Of a DNA stretch of 64,000 bases, positions 9,377 to 18,440 are shown piece after piece. Source of the DNA: Alistipes sp. (GTDB lineage Bacteria; Bacteroidota; Bacteroidia; Bacteroidales; Rikenellaceae); contig JAVVYP010000001.1 of the NCBI GenBank assembly GCA_036651015.1, positions 22,940 through 86,939 on the forward strand. The letters are read 5' to 3'. Numbering within the stretch: position 1 is the stretch's first letter; each line of letters opens with the position of its first letter. A program made the translations under genes and the position numbers. The notes beneath the pieces were generated by a model. The model had not been told where the DNA came from, ran no database searches, and was given only the letters and a program-made list of their open reading frames with translations.

Positions 9377-10324
9377 TTAAAACTCGTGAACGGCACGCAC
9401 CAAAAACTTGTTGTACTTGGGAATCTCGATCACGTAGGGCGGCTCGATGCCCATATGGGTTGTGAAGGCGTTTTTCTCGTCTTTTTCGGTCGAAGAGAAG
9501 TAGTAGACCATTCGATCCATACGTTTGCCGCCACTCTCTTTGAGTGCATCGTTGAAGCCGTTGCGTGCCTGTCGGTCGTTGTGGATGCGCGTGCCGCCGT
9601 TGTAGTTGTGGCCAATGGTCAGCAACTCATCAATGGCCGGCAAATACCATCCATCGCCCTTTTCGCGACACCAGTTGAAGGCCGGGAAATCCTCCCACGT
9701 AAGGTCGTTATCGGCAATATAACGAGCAATGGCCTCCATATTGGCCACGCCGTTCGTCCGGTTATCGGCACCCGTCACACGCAGATCGGGCTTGCGAAAT
9801 TCACTCCAATGGAGGTAAATCTCGTCGAGCGAAAGGATCATACCGTGGGCGCGGTCATCGTTAAGTTGGCAGACAATACCCTTGATTCCGTCGCGCACAT
9901 AAAGATCGCCAATCTCGTACTGCCGCAACACATATTCTGCCGCCGGTGTGGCTGGAACAGCAGGTGTAGCTGGAACCGCAGGAACCGCAGGAACAGCTGG
10001 AACAGCTGGAACAGCAGGAACAGCAGGAACAGCAGGAACAGCAGGAACAGCAGGCTTTGCTGGCGTAGCCGGCGTCAGTGGCGTGGCGAACAACTCCTTT
10101 TCGCCGTTGGCATATTGGATAAAGCTGATCTGATTGATGGGCAACACATAGGTTGGTCCCTCGGGATTGGAGAAGCGTTTGTAACGCACGGCATCCGTCG
10201 ATATTTCGACCACCTTGGCTTCGATGCGCGTGGCATCGGTTTTGGTAATTAAATCCTGCGCAGCGACCGTCATCGCACCGCATAAGGCTGCTAAGAGCAG
10301 CAGAATGATTTTTTTCATCTTCAT
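9377..10324 (-). CDS. Exported protein with PAV-repeat linker and DUF1566/C-type-lectin-like C-terminal domain
   Basis: Signal peptide MKKIILLLLAA..AAQD; (PAV)9 linker; GWYLPAIDEL..YYFSSTE..VRAV.F at the C-terminus. Confidence 0.75.
   Translation of the reverse strand: MKMKKIILLLLAALCGAMTVAAQDLITKTDATRIEAKVVEISTDAVRYKRFSNPEGPTYVLPINQISFIQYANGEKELFATPLTPATPAKPAVPAVPAVPAVPAVPAVPAVPAVPAVPATPAVPATPAAEYVLRQYEIGDLYVRDGIKGIVCQLNDDRAHGMILSLDEIYLHWSEFRKPDLRVTGADNRTNGVANMEAIARYIADNDLTWEDFPAFNWCREKGDGWYLPAIDELLTIGHNYNGGTRIHNDRQARNGFNDALKESGGKRMDRMVYYFSSTEKDEKNAFTTHMGIEPPYVIEIPKYNKFLVRAVHEF
9942..10072. repeat. In-frame 9-bp tandem repeat (GCWGGAACM units) encoding PAV/PAT
   Basis: Nine consecutive PAV units plus degenerate PAT/PAK flanks. 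Confidence 0.95.
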
Positions 10325-10417
10325 AGCGTGTGTATATATAACAAAGGTAACGCTTTTTTTCAAACTTTCTTGTTACCTTTGTCAAAGATTTTAACAGATT
10401 TACACTTACAATAGATT

Positions 10418-11416
10418 ATGGCATTTTTCGATATTTTCAAAAAGAAACCCAACGCCGAGACCACGCCCATCCAAGAGAAGGCGCAGCAAGAGGAGTTGAA
10501 CGCCGGATTGGAACGCACCAAGAGCGGTCTTTTCTCGAAATTGGCACGCGCCGTGGCCGGTCGCTCGACCATCGACGCCGCCGTGTTGGACGATTTGGAG
10601 GAGATCCTGATCACCTCCGATGTGGGCGTTGAGACCACCGTCAAGATCATCCATCGCATCGAGGAGCGCGTGGCGCACGACAAATATATGAACACCTCGG
10701 AGTTACAATCACTGCTGCGCGAAGAGATTACAGCATTGATGGAGGAGTCGCACGGTTCAACCGCCAACTTCGGACTCGACGCCACCCCCGGCCAGCCCTT
10801 TGTGGTGTTGGTGGTCGGCGTCAACGGTGCCGGCAAGACCACCACCATCGGCAAACTGGCGGCACAGCTCACCAAGGCCGGGCGCAAGGTCTGGATCGGC
10901 GCGGCCGACACTTTCCGTGCGGCGGCCATCGAACAACTCAAGGTGTGGGCCGATCGTGCCGGCGCAACGATGATCCGTCAGGAGATGGGTTCCGACCCCG
11001 CTTCGGTGGCCTTCGACACACTCACCTCGGCCAAGGCCAACGGTGCCGACGTGGTGTTGATCGACACGGCAGGGCGACTGCACAACAAGGTCAACTTGAT
11101 GAATGAGCTGACCAAAATCCGCAACGTGATGTCGAAGGTCATCCCCGACGCCCCCCACGAGGTAATGCTCGTGCTCGACGGTTCGACGGGACAGAACGCC
11201 TTCGAACAGGCGCGCCAATTCACGCAAGCCACACAGGTCACTTCGCTGGCCATCACCAAACTCGACGGCACAGCCAAGGGTGGCGTGGTGATCGGCATCA
11301 GCGATCAGTTTCACGTTCCGGTACGCTACATCGGCATCGGCGAGGGGATCGACCAACTGCGCATCTTCGACCGCCGCGAATTTGTAAATGCTCTCTTTGG
11401 CGATGAAAAAAATTAA
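10418..11416 (+). CDS. ftsY: SRP receptor FtsY
   Basis: GVNGAGKTTTIGKLA, DTFRAAA, DTAGR, TKLDGTAKGG. Confidence 0.97.
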   Translation: MAFFDIFKKKPNAETTPIQEKAQQEELNAGLERTKSGLFSKLARAVAGRSTIDAAVLDDLEEILITSDVGVETTVKIIHRIEERVAHDKYMNTSELQSLLREEITALMEESHGSTANFGLDATPGQPFVVLVVGVNGAGKTTTIGKLAAQLTKAGRKVWIGAADTFRAAAIEQLKVWADRAGATMIRQEMGSDPASVAFDTLTSAKANGADVVLIDTAGRLHNKVNLMNELTKIRNVMSKVIPDAPHEVMLVLDGSTGQNAFEQARQFTQATQVTSLAITKLDGTAKGGVVIGISDQFHVPVRYIGIGEGIDQLRIFDRREFVNALFGDEKN

Positions 11417-12713
11417 CATTATCACACTCGGCTGTTCCAAGAATACGGTCGATTCCGAACATTTGATGGCTCGCCTCGCAGCGGCCGGTTACGAAGTGGT
11501 CTACGACAGCGACCGCACAGACGCTAAAACCGTGGTTATCAACACTTGCGGTTTTATCGGCGACGCCAAACAAGAGTCCATTGATATGATCCTGCGCGCG
11601 GCTGCGGCCAAGAGCGCCGGCAAAATCGAGCAGCTGTTTGTTATCGGCTGCCTCTCGGAGCGTTACGCCGATTCGTTGCGCGAGGAGCTGCCGGAGGTTG
11701 ACGACTTCTTCGGCGCACGCAACTGGGACGGCATCATCCGCGCACTGGGCGCCTCGGACGACCGCGCACTGGCCACCGAGCGCCACCAGACAACGCCCAA
11801 GCACTATGCCTACCTCAAAATTTCGGAGGGATGCAACTGGAAATGCGGCTATTGCGCCATTCCACTCATTCGCGGCGAGCATATCTCGGTGCCGATGGAG
11901 GAGTTGGAACAGGAGGCTCGCAAACTGGTTGCAAAGGGGGTCAAGGAGCTGATGGTCATCGCCCAAGACACAACCTATTACGGCATCGACCTCTACGGCA
12001 AACGCTGTCTGGCCGAACTGCTGCGCCGCCTGTGCCGCATCGAAGGCCTCACGTGGATTCGCCTGCACTACGCCTATCCGGCGGCCTTTCCCGACGAGGT
12101 GATCGAGGTGATGGCCGCGGAGCCTAAAATTTGCAAGTACCTCGACATTCCCTTTCAGCACATCTCCGACGCGCAACTCCATTCGATGCAGCGCCGCCAC
12201 ACCCAAGCCGAGGCCTATGCGCTGATTGGCAAATTGCGGGCGGCGATTCCCGATTTGGCGCTGCGCACCACGCTGCTGGTGGGCTATCCGGGCGAAAGCG
12301 AAGCCGACTTTGCCGAGCTTGAGCAGTTCGTGCGCGAGGTGCGTTTCGAACGACTGGGGGTCTTTGCCTACTCCGAGGAGGAGGGGACTTATTCGGCCGA
12401 GAAACTGCACGACGATGTGCCTGAAAAAATCAAGCAGGAGCGCGTAGAGCGCATTATGGCGCTACAAAATAAGCTATCACTGGAGCACAACCAGCAGCGT
12501 GTCGGCCGCACCGAACGGGTGGTGATCGACTCGCGCCAAGGCGATTTTTACGTGGGTCGCACACAGTACGACTCGCCCGAAGTGGATCAGGAGATCCTGA
12601 TCGCCGCGGCCGATCGGCGACTCTTGCGCGGACACTTCTACGAGGTGCGCATTACCTCCGCCGCCGACTACGATCTCTATGGCGAGGTGGTGGGCAGTGC
12701 ACCCCGAAAATAA
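11403..12713 (+). CDS. rimO: Ribosomal protein S12 methylthiotransferase
   Basis: TLGCSKN.VDSE, NTCGFI, CNWKCGYC radical SAM motif, C-terminal TRAM region (DSPEVD). Confidence 0.95.
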   Translation: MKKINIITLGCSKNTVDSEHLMARLAAAGYEVVYDSDRTDAKTVVINTCGFIGDAKQESIDMILRAAAAKSAGKIEQLFVIGCLSERYADSLREELPEVDDFFGARNWDGIIRALGASDDRALATERHQTTPKHYAYLKISEGCNWKCGYCAIPLIRGEHISVPMEELEQEARKLVAKGVKELMVIAQDTTYYGIDLYGKRCLAELLRRLCRIEGLTWIRLHYAYPAAFPDEVIEVMAAEPKICKYLDIPFQHISDAQLHSMQRRHTQAEAYALIGKLRAAIPDLALRTTLLVGYPGESEADFAELEQFVREVRFERLGVFAYSEEEGTYSAEKLHDDVPEKIKQERVERIMALQNKLSLEHNQQRVGRTERVVIDSRQGDFYVGRTQYDSPEVDQEILIAAADRRLLRGHFYEVRITSAADYDLYGEVVGSAPRK

Positions 12714-12779
12714 AATTTGCAATTTTGTGTTCTTTTTCGTACCTTTGAAAAGTAGAATCGGAACTCTGCCCGAAAACCA

Positions 12780-13091
12780 ATGTCCGACAAAAGCGTAATA
12801 ACCCATATCGAGGCTCGCACACAGCAGCTCATCGACGACCACAAACGGTTGACGGCAATTTGTGCGGCAATGACGGCCGAACGCGACGGGTTGAAAGCAG
12901 AGAACCGCGCACTGCAAGAGCGCCTTCGGGAACTCGCGGCCGAGGTGTCGCGAATGCAGCTGACCGAAGGGCTAACCGGACAGAGCCGCAACCGAGACAA
13001 AGCAAGAGCACGCGTCAACCGTTTAATGCGGGAGGTAGACAAATGTATCGCGCTGCTCGGCAGGGTCAACCAAAAACAAACAAAAAGCTAA
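12780..13091 (+). CDS. Coiled-coil protein (ZapB-like) upstream of zapA
   Basis: Heptad coiled coil ending LMREVDKCIALL; typical Bacteroidetes context. Confidence 0.8.
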   Translation: MSDKSVITHIEARTQQLIDDHKRLTAICAAMTAERDGLKAENRALQERLRELAAEVSRMQLTEGLTGQSRNRDKARARVNRLMREVDKCIALLGRVNQKQTKS

Positions 13092-13109
13092 CAAGTAATA
13101 CAAAAAACG

Positions 13110-13409
13110 ATGGCACAACAGTCAATAACGCTCAAAATAGCTGGCAAAAGCTATTCGCTCAGCATCGAGAGCGAAAAAGAGGAGAGTTATCGGTTGGCCG
13201 AACGAGAGGTGAACAAATACCTCACATCGCTCAAACAAAACAACTTCAAGAACTGGACCGAACAGGATTACCTGTCGATGACCGCGCTGAAGTTTGCCAT
13301 TTCGAATGTTGATCTGCGGCAGAGCCGCGAGGTGAGCAGCGACGAACAGAAACGCTTGGGTGCACTCGATGAACAGATCGACACCTATTTAAACTCCCTA
13401 AAAGGGTAA
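13110..13409 (+). CDS. zapA: Cell division protein ZapA
   Basis: ITLKIAGKSYSL.I..EKEE.YR.A, LSMTAL, C-terminal coiled coil. Confidence 0.88.
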   Translation: MAQQSITLKIAGKSYSLSIESEKEESYRLAEREVNKYLTSLKQNNFKNWTEQDYLSMTALKFAISNVDLRQSREVSSDEQKRLGALDEQIDTYLNSLKG

Positions 13410-13456
13410 AACACCCCAAAAAGGGTAACGTTCTTTCATATATCAAGGAAAAATCT

Positions 13457-13656
13457 ACCCGCATAGATTCCTTACAGCTTTGCGAAACTGAACACTTTTT
13501 ACATTGGGGCAACTACCGTTGCTACAAAATCAGGCCTTAACCCCTCGGGGTGTACGTATCTCGTACCGTTGGAAGATTGCGATTATCGGAGTCCCCACAC
13601 ATGACAAATCCTGCAGATTCGTCAAACGACGCTAAGGAATCCTATGCGGTTTTTTT
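13457..13656 (+). ncRNA. ssrS: Probable 6S RNA
   Basis: About 190-nt rod: 5' CCGCATAGATTCCTTA pairs with 3' TAAGGAATCCTATGCGG; CGAAACTG/CAGATTCG; central bubble; TGGGG/CCCCA; U-tract; lies directly after zapA. Confidence 0.8.
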
Positions 13657-13703
13657 ATGAAACCACTTTTAGAAACTAATAATAATAAAAACACGTAAAA
13701 TTA

Positions 13704-15251
13704 ATGAATAGCATCATTTTAGCTGCCTGCATCTCAGCAGTGGTTGCCGTCGGAATCTACGCAGTTGTCACCAACTTCGTGATCAAGACCGGCATCCGCA
13801 AGCGCCGCGACGCCGCCCTCAAGGAGGCCGAGGCCGAGGGTGAGATGATCAAGAAGGAGCGAATCCTTCAGGCCAAAGAGAAGTTTATACAACTCAAGAG
13901 CGAATACGACCGTCAAGCAAACGAGCGTTCGCAGAAGATCGCACAAAGCGAACAACACGCCAAGCAGATTGAGAACACGCTGGTCAACCAACAACGCGAC
14001 TTGGAGAACAAACTCCACGAAAACGATCGGTTGAAAGAGCAAATGCAGGGTCAAATGCAACTCCTCGACCACAAAAAAGAGGAGATCGACCAGATGCAGC
14101 GCGAACAGAACCTGCGCTTGGAGCAGATTTCGGGTATGAGTTCCGATGATGCCAAGAACGTGCTGATCGAGAACATGAAATCCGAGGCCAAAACCGAGGC
14201 TGCCGCCTTCATCAACGAGACGGTCGAAGAGGCCAAGATGACCGCCACCAAAGAGGCTAAGCGCATCATTGTGGCGTCGATTCAGCGCGTCGCAACCGAG
14301 ACGGCCATCGAAAATGCGGTCACGGTCTTCAACATCGAAAACGACGAGGTCAAGGGTCGCATCATCGGCCGCGAGGGGCGCAACATCCGCGCACTGGAGG
14401 CTGCAACAGGCATCGAGATCATCGTCGACGACACCCCCGAGGCGATTATTTTGAGCGGTTTCGACCCCGTACGTCGTGAAATCGCACGTCTGGCACTTCA
14501 CCAATTGGTCACCGACGGACGCATCCACCCGGCTCGCATCGAGGAGGTGGTCACCAAAGTTCAAAAGCAGATCGAAGAGGAGATTGTCGATGTCGGCAAA
14601 CGCACAACCATAGATATGGGTATCCACAACCTGCATCCCGAGTTGATCCGTATGATCGGCAAGATGAAATACCGCTCTTCCTACGGTCAAAACCTACTCC
14701 AACACGCTCGCGAAACGGCCAATTTGGCCGGCATTATGGCCTCCGAATTGGGTCTCAACCCCAAAGCGGCTCGCCGCGCCGGACTCTTGCACGACATCGG
14801 CAAGGTGCCCGACGACGAACCCGAATTGCCACACGCAATCATCGGTATGAAGTTGGCCGAGAAGTTCAAGGAGAAACCCGAAATCTGCAACGCCATCGGC
14901 GCTCACCACGACGAAATGGAGATGACCTCGCTCATCGCCCCGATCATCCAAGTCTGCGATGCCATTTCGGGCGCGCGTCCGGGTGCTCGCCGCGAGGTGG
15001 TCGAGAGCTACATCAAACGACTCAAGGAGATGGAGGACATCGCCTTAGCCTATCCCGGCGTATTGAAAACCTATGCCATTCAGGCCGGCCGTGAGCTGCG
15101 CGTGATCGTCGGTGCCGACAAACTCACCGACACCGAGTCGGAGGATTTGTCACGCGACATTGCCAAGAAGATTCAGGACGAAATGACCTATCCGGGGCAG
15201 GTGAAAATTACGGTAATCCGAGAAACGAGAGCTGTCGCTTACGCAAAATAA
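13704..15251 (+). CDS. rny: Ribonuclease Y
   Basis: N-terminal TM, coiled coil, KH ([13 protein letters not shown]), HD (LLHDIGK), [11 protein letters not shown]. Confidence 0.97.
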   Translation: MNSIILAACISAVVAVGIYAVVTNFVIKTGIRKRRDAALKEAEAEGEMIKKERILQAKEKFIQLKSEYDRQANERSQKIAQSEQHAKQIENTLVNQQRDLENKLHENDRLKEQMQGQMQLLDHKKEEIDQMQREQNLRLEQISGMSSDDAKNVLIENMKSEAKTEAAAFINETVEEAKMTATKEAKRIIVASIQRVATETAIENAVTVFNIENDEVKGRIIGREGRNIRALEAATGIEIIVDDTPEAIILSGFDPVRREIARLALHQLVTDGRIHPARIEEVVTKVQKQIEEEIVDVGKRTTIDMGIHNLHPELIRMIGKMKYRSSYGQNLLQHARETANLAGIMASELGLNPKAARRAGLLHDIGKVPDDEPELPHAIIGMKLAEKFKEKPEICNAIGAHHDEMEMTSLIAPIIQVCDAISGARPGARREVVESYIKRLKEMEDIALAYPGVLKTYAIQAGRELRVIVGADKLTDTESEDLSRDIAKKIQDEMTYPGQVKITVIRETRAVAYAK

Positions 15252-15282
15252 CCGCCGCAAAACGGCTCAACGGTTCCAAAAT

Positions 15283-15315
15283 AAAGTCTCTCCCAAAACG
15301 GAGGGACTTTGTTTT
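15283..15315 (+). terminator. Intrinsic terminator after rny
   Basis: AAAGTCTCTCC...GGAGGGACTTT followed by GTTTT. Confidence 0.7.
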
Positions 15316-15333
15316 GCACAATATGAAAAACAG

Positions 15334-15960
15334 ATGGACACAGATTTACAACACTATATCGAATCGCAAATCATTCCCCGTTATGCGACTTTCGACCGCG
15401 CACACGCCGTGGATCACGTGCGTACGGTCATCGCGCAAAGCCTTGCACTGGCCGCGCACTACCCCGTCAACAGTGAGATGGTCTACGTCATCGCGGCCTA
15501 CCACGACACGGGGTTGAGCTGCGGACGCGAGCATCACCACCTGCACGCGGGGCGGATTCTGTCGGAAGACGCAGCCCTGCGACGCTGGTTTACCGAGGAG
15601 CAGATTGGGGTAATGCGCGAGGCTGTCGAAGACCACCGCGCCTCATCGGATCACGCGCCGCGCACAATTTACGGTTGCATTGTGGCCGAGGCCGATCGGC
15701 TGATCGAACCCGAAACCATCCTGCGCCGCACCGTGCAATTCGGACTGGCCAACTATCCCGAACTGGATCGCGATGCACAATACGCCCGTTACAGGGCACA
15801 CTTGCAGGACAAATACGCCGAGGGCGGTTATCTGCGCCTCTGGATCCCCGAATCCGACAATGCCCAACGGCTCGAAACGCTGCGTGCCACACTCCACGAT
15901 CCGGCCGCATTGCGCCGTCAATTCGATCGGATCTACGACCAAGAGTCGGCCGCCAAATAA
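15334..15960 (+). CDS. HD-domain phosphohydrolase
   Basis: AH..DH, AAYHDTG, EDHRAS, VAEAD. Confidence 0.88.
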   Translation: MDTDLQHYIESQIIPRYATFDRAHAVDHVRTVIAQSLALAAHYPVNSEMVYVIAAYHDTGLSCGREHHHLHAGRILSEDAALRRWFTEEQIGVMREAVEDHRASSDHAPRTIYGCIVAEADRLIEPETILRRTVQFGLANYPELDRDAQYARYRAHLQDKYAEGGYLRLWIPESDNAQRLETLRATLHDPAALRRQFDRIYDQESAAK

Positions 15961-15965
15961 ACAGA

Positions 15966-15997
15966 CAGCGCCCCGAACCGCAAAGTTCGGGGCGCTG
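15966..15997. terminator. Hairpin between convergent HD gene and gcvT
   Basis: CAGCGCCCCGAAC-CGCAAA-GTTCGGGGCGCTG, perfect 13-bp stem. Confidence 0.75.
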
Positions 15998-16014
15998 CCA
16001 CATTCAGAAGCTAT

Positions 16015-17115
16015 TTAGACGAAGGGGATTTTGACCACCTCTGCCTGCACCGGCTTTTCGCGAATGACCACTGCGATCTGCGTGCCGACCTTGGCATAAG
16101 CGGACTCGACGTAGCCCAGTCCGATGCCAATCTTCAGGCAGGGCGACATCGTGCCCGAAGTTACGTGGCCGATCACCTCGCCCGAAGGGGCTGCCAATTT
16201 GTATTCGTGACGCGGTATGCCGCGTTCGATCATCTTGAATCCGACCAGTTTGTGCTCTGCGCCATTGGCCTTCAGCTGCTCCATACGCGCACGGTCGATG
16301 AACTCCTTGCCCTCGGCAAATTTAGTCACCCAACCCAAACCGGCTTCGATGGGCGACGTGGTGTCGTCAATATCGTTGCCATAGAGACAGAAACCCTTCT
16401 CCAAACGCAGCGTGTCACGCGCACCCAAACCGATGTTCTTCAGTCCGAATTCGGCGCCGGCTGCCCAAAGCGCTTTCCAAATACGCTCGCCGTCGGCATT
16501 GGCCGCGTAGATCTCACAGCCGCCCGATCCGGTATAGCCGGTGATCGAAAGAATCACCTCGCAACCTGCAACTTGCATCTTGCGGAAGGTGTAATACTCC
16601 ATCTGCTCGACCGGCTCCGTGCACATTTTCTGCACGATTTTCATCGCCAGAGGCCCTTGCACCGCCAGCTGACAAAATTCGTCCGACGCGTTATAGAGCG
16701 CCTTGCCGTGGCCGGCTTCCATTCCCATCAGTTTGCCCTCGGCACAGATATGCGCCCAATCTTTGTCGATGTTGGCGGCATTGACGCAAAGCATATAGGT
16801 CTCAGCATCAAATCGGTAGACCAGAATATCGTCCACGATTCCACCGCGCCCGTTGGGCATACAGGTGTACTGCACCTTGCCGTCAAAGAGCTTCGAGACG
16901 TCGTTGGTGGTAATGTGCTGCAAGAGCGCAAGCGCTTTGGGACCTTTGACCCAAATTTCGCCCATATGGCTCACGTCGAAAACACCGGCCGCATTGCGCA
17001 CGGTGAGATGTTCGTCGTTGATGCCCGAGAATTCGATGGGCATATTGTACCCCGCAAATTCGGCCATTTTGGCTCCTGCGGCAATGTGGTAAGCGGTGAA
17101 TACGGTAGTTTTCAT
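16015..17115 (-). CDS. gcvT: Glycine cleavage system aminomethyltransferase T
   Basis: [40 protein letters not shown]. Confidence 0.97.
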   Translation of the reverse strand: MKTTVFTAYHIAAGAKMAEFAGYNMPIEFSGINDEHLTVRNAAGVFDVSHMGEIWVKGPKALALLQHITTNDVSKLFDGKVQYTCMPNGRGGIVDDILVYRFDAETYMLCVNAANIDKDWAHICAEGKLMGMEAGHGKALYNASDEFCQLAVQGPLAMKIVQKMCTEPVEQMEYYTFRKMQVAGCEVILSITGYTGSGGCEIYAANADGERIWKALWAAGAEFGLKNIGLGARDTLRLEKGFCLYGNDIDDTTSPIEAGLGWVTKFAEGKEFIDRARMEQLKANGAEHKLVGFKMIERGIPRHEYKLAAPSGEVIGHVTSGTMSPCLKIGIGLGYVESAYAKVGTQIAVVIREKPVQAEVVKIPFV

Positions 17116-17130
17116 ATCGGTTGATTAGAT

Positions 17131-17144
17131 TTAGAAGCTTCTTA
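17131..17144. mobile_element. Minimal MITE footprint TTA-GAAGCTTC-TTA
   Basis: Same TTA duplication and GAAG/CTTC termini as the 30233-30391 element; abuts a TAA stop codon. Confidence 0.55.
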
Positions 17145-18365
17145 TTCGCGGCGTTTGACCCCCAGACGCGGACAGCGGTGAAACTCACGGTCGCGGTCAA
17201 AAAGGTAACGATAGGTGGTATGCATCTTGTGGCGCGTCGCGCAGACGTAGCTTTCGATCATTCGGTTCATCACCGGATTGAAGTCCCCCACCCACGCAAA
17301 CTCAATGGTTTTGTAGTGGTTACGCGGCGTACGCATATATTTTTCGAGGATAAAGCGCATCATCGCCGACTCGACGCCCTTGCCGTGGAACTCGGGGGTA
17401 ATGCCGAAGATAATGCCAAAAATACGGTCACTGGCGCGGCGCACCTTGAGATCCCAAAGCATACGCAGCTTCTGCCACAGGCCAAATTTGCCGCGAAATT
17501 TGCCGATAATGCGGTTCAGGTCGGGCACCATAATAAAGAAACCGATAGGCTCGTCGTTGAAATAGGTGTAAAAGATGATTTCGGGGTCGATGATCGGCTT
17601 CATCGTCTCCATAATCTTCAGCGCCTCCTCCTGCGCCATCGGCTTCACGCCCGAGAAGAGCGACCACGCCTTGTTGTAGATAATGCGGAAATTTTCGGCC
17701 TCCTCCTCGATATGTTTCATATCAATTTGGCGGAAACGATAGCCCGGCGTCGAGAAGACGCGCGAGGCACGGTCGTAGACCATTGCATTGACATCGTCGT
17801 CGTAGATGCGCCAGAGGTAGGTATTTTGGTTGAAGTAATTTTTGAACCCGTAATTTTCGAACAACTCCTTATAATAGGGCGGATTGTAGGGATTTTCGTA
17901 GAGCGCCTGAAATTCGTAGCCCTCGACCAGCAGCCCCCACCAAGCATCACGATTACCGAAGTTGATCGGTCCATCCATCGCCTCCATTCCGCGGCTGGCC
18001 AGCCACATACGCGAAGCGTCGAAGAGCAGGTTGGCGACCGTTTGGTTGTCGATGCACTCAAAAAATCCACAGCCTCCGGTCAGCTGACCGTTGACGACGG
18101 CCTTCTCGATGGCCGCTTTTTCGTGGTTATAGAAGGCCGCGATACGTCCAACAGCAGCACCAGCTGCATCGCGCGCGATCCACCGGATCGCCTCACCGTC
18201 GGCAAACAACTCGTTCTTTGTCGGATCGAAGACGCTGCGGATGGCAGGATCAAGCGGGCAGACCCAATTGCGATTGCCCTTGTATATTTTGTGTTGGAAA
18301 TCGAGCCACTCGCGCTCCAGTCCCGGCGTGGTAACTTCCTGAAGAATGTATTTATCCGAACTCAT
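17142..18365 (-). CDS. Conserved GNAT-fold (YghO-like) protein
   Basis: VGRIAAFYN, GGCGFFECID, MDGPINFG.R..WWGLLVEG, YNPPYY, GITPEFHGKGVE. Start set at ATG 18365; the upstream extension overlaps the opposite gene. Confidence 0.8.
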   Translation of the reverse strand: MSSDKYILQEVTTPGLEREWLDFQHKIYKGNRNWVCPLDPAIRSVFDPTKNELFADGEAIRWIARDAAGAAVGRIAAFYNHEKAAIEKAVVNGQLTGGCGFFECIDNQTVANLLFDASRMWLASRGMEAMDGPINFGNRDAWWGLLVEGYEFQALYENPYNPPYYKELFENYGFKNYFNQNTYLWRIYDDDVNAMVYDRASRVFSTPGYRFRQIDMKHIEEEAENFRIIYNKAWSLFSGVKPMAQEEALKIMETMKPIIDPEIIFYTYFNDEPIGFFIMVPDLNRIIGKFRGKFGLWQKLRMLWDLKVRRASDRIFGIIFGITPEFHGKGVESAMMRFILEKYMRTPRNHYKTIEFAWVGDFNPVMNRMIESYVCATRHKMHTTYRYLFDRDREFHRCPRLGVKRRE

Positions 18366-18440
18366 CGGCCAAAATTTTAATAGATAGTATGACAAAGATA
18401 ACCATTTTTTCCTTATTTTTACAGATAAAACCGCGAGATT

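Noticed and set aside
9377-9510. Complete diversity-generating retroelement
   Set aside because: No reverse transcriptase, Avd or template repeat seen in the window; only a target-like fold.
9942-10072. CRISPR-like array
   Set aside because: 9-bp tandem units without spacers, in frame within a CDS.
16004-16017. Weak MITE-end matches TCAGAAGCTATTTA (also TTAGAAACT near 13669)
   Set aside because: Too short or degenerate to separate from AT-rich background.
17116-17141. Glycine riboswitch upstream of gcvT (and nhaA- or DMT-associated riboswitches)
   Set aside because: Intergenic gaps are only 2-26 bp, leaving no room for an aptamer.
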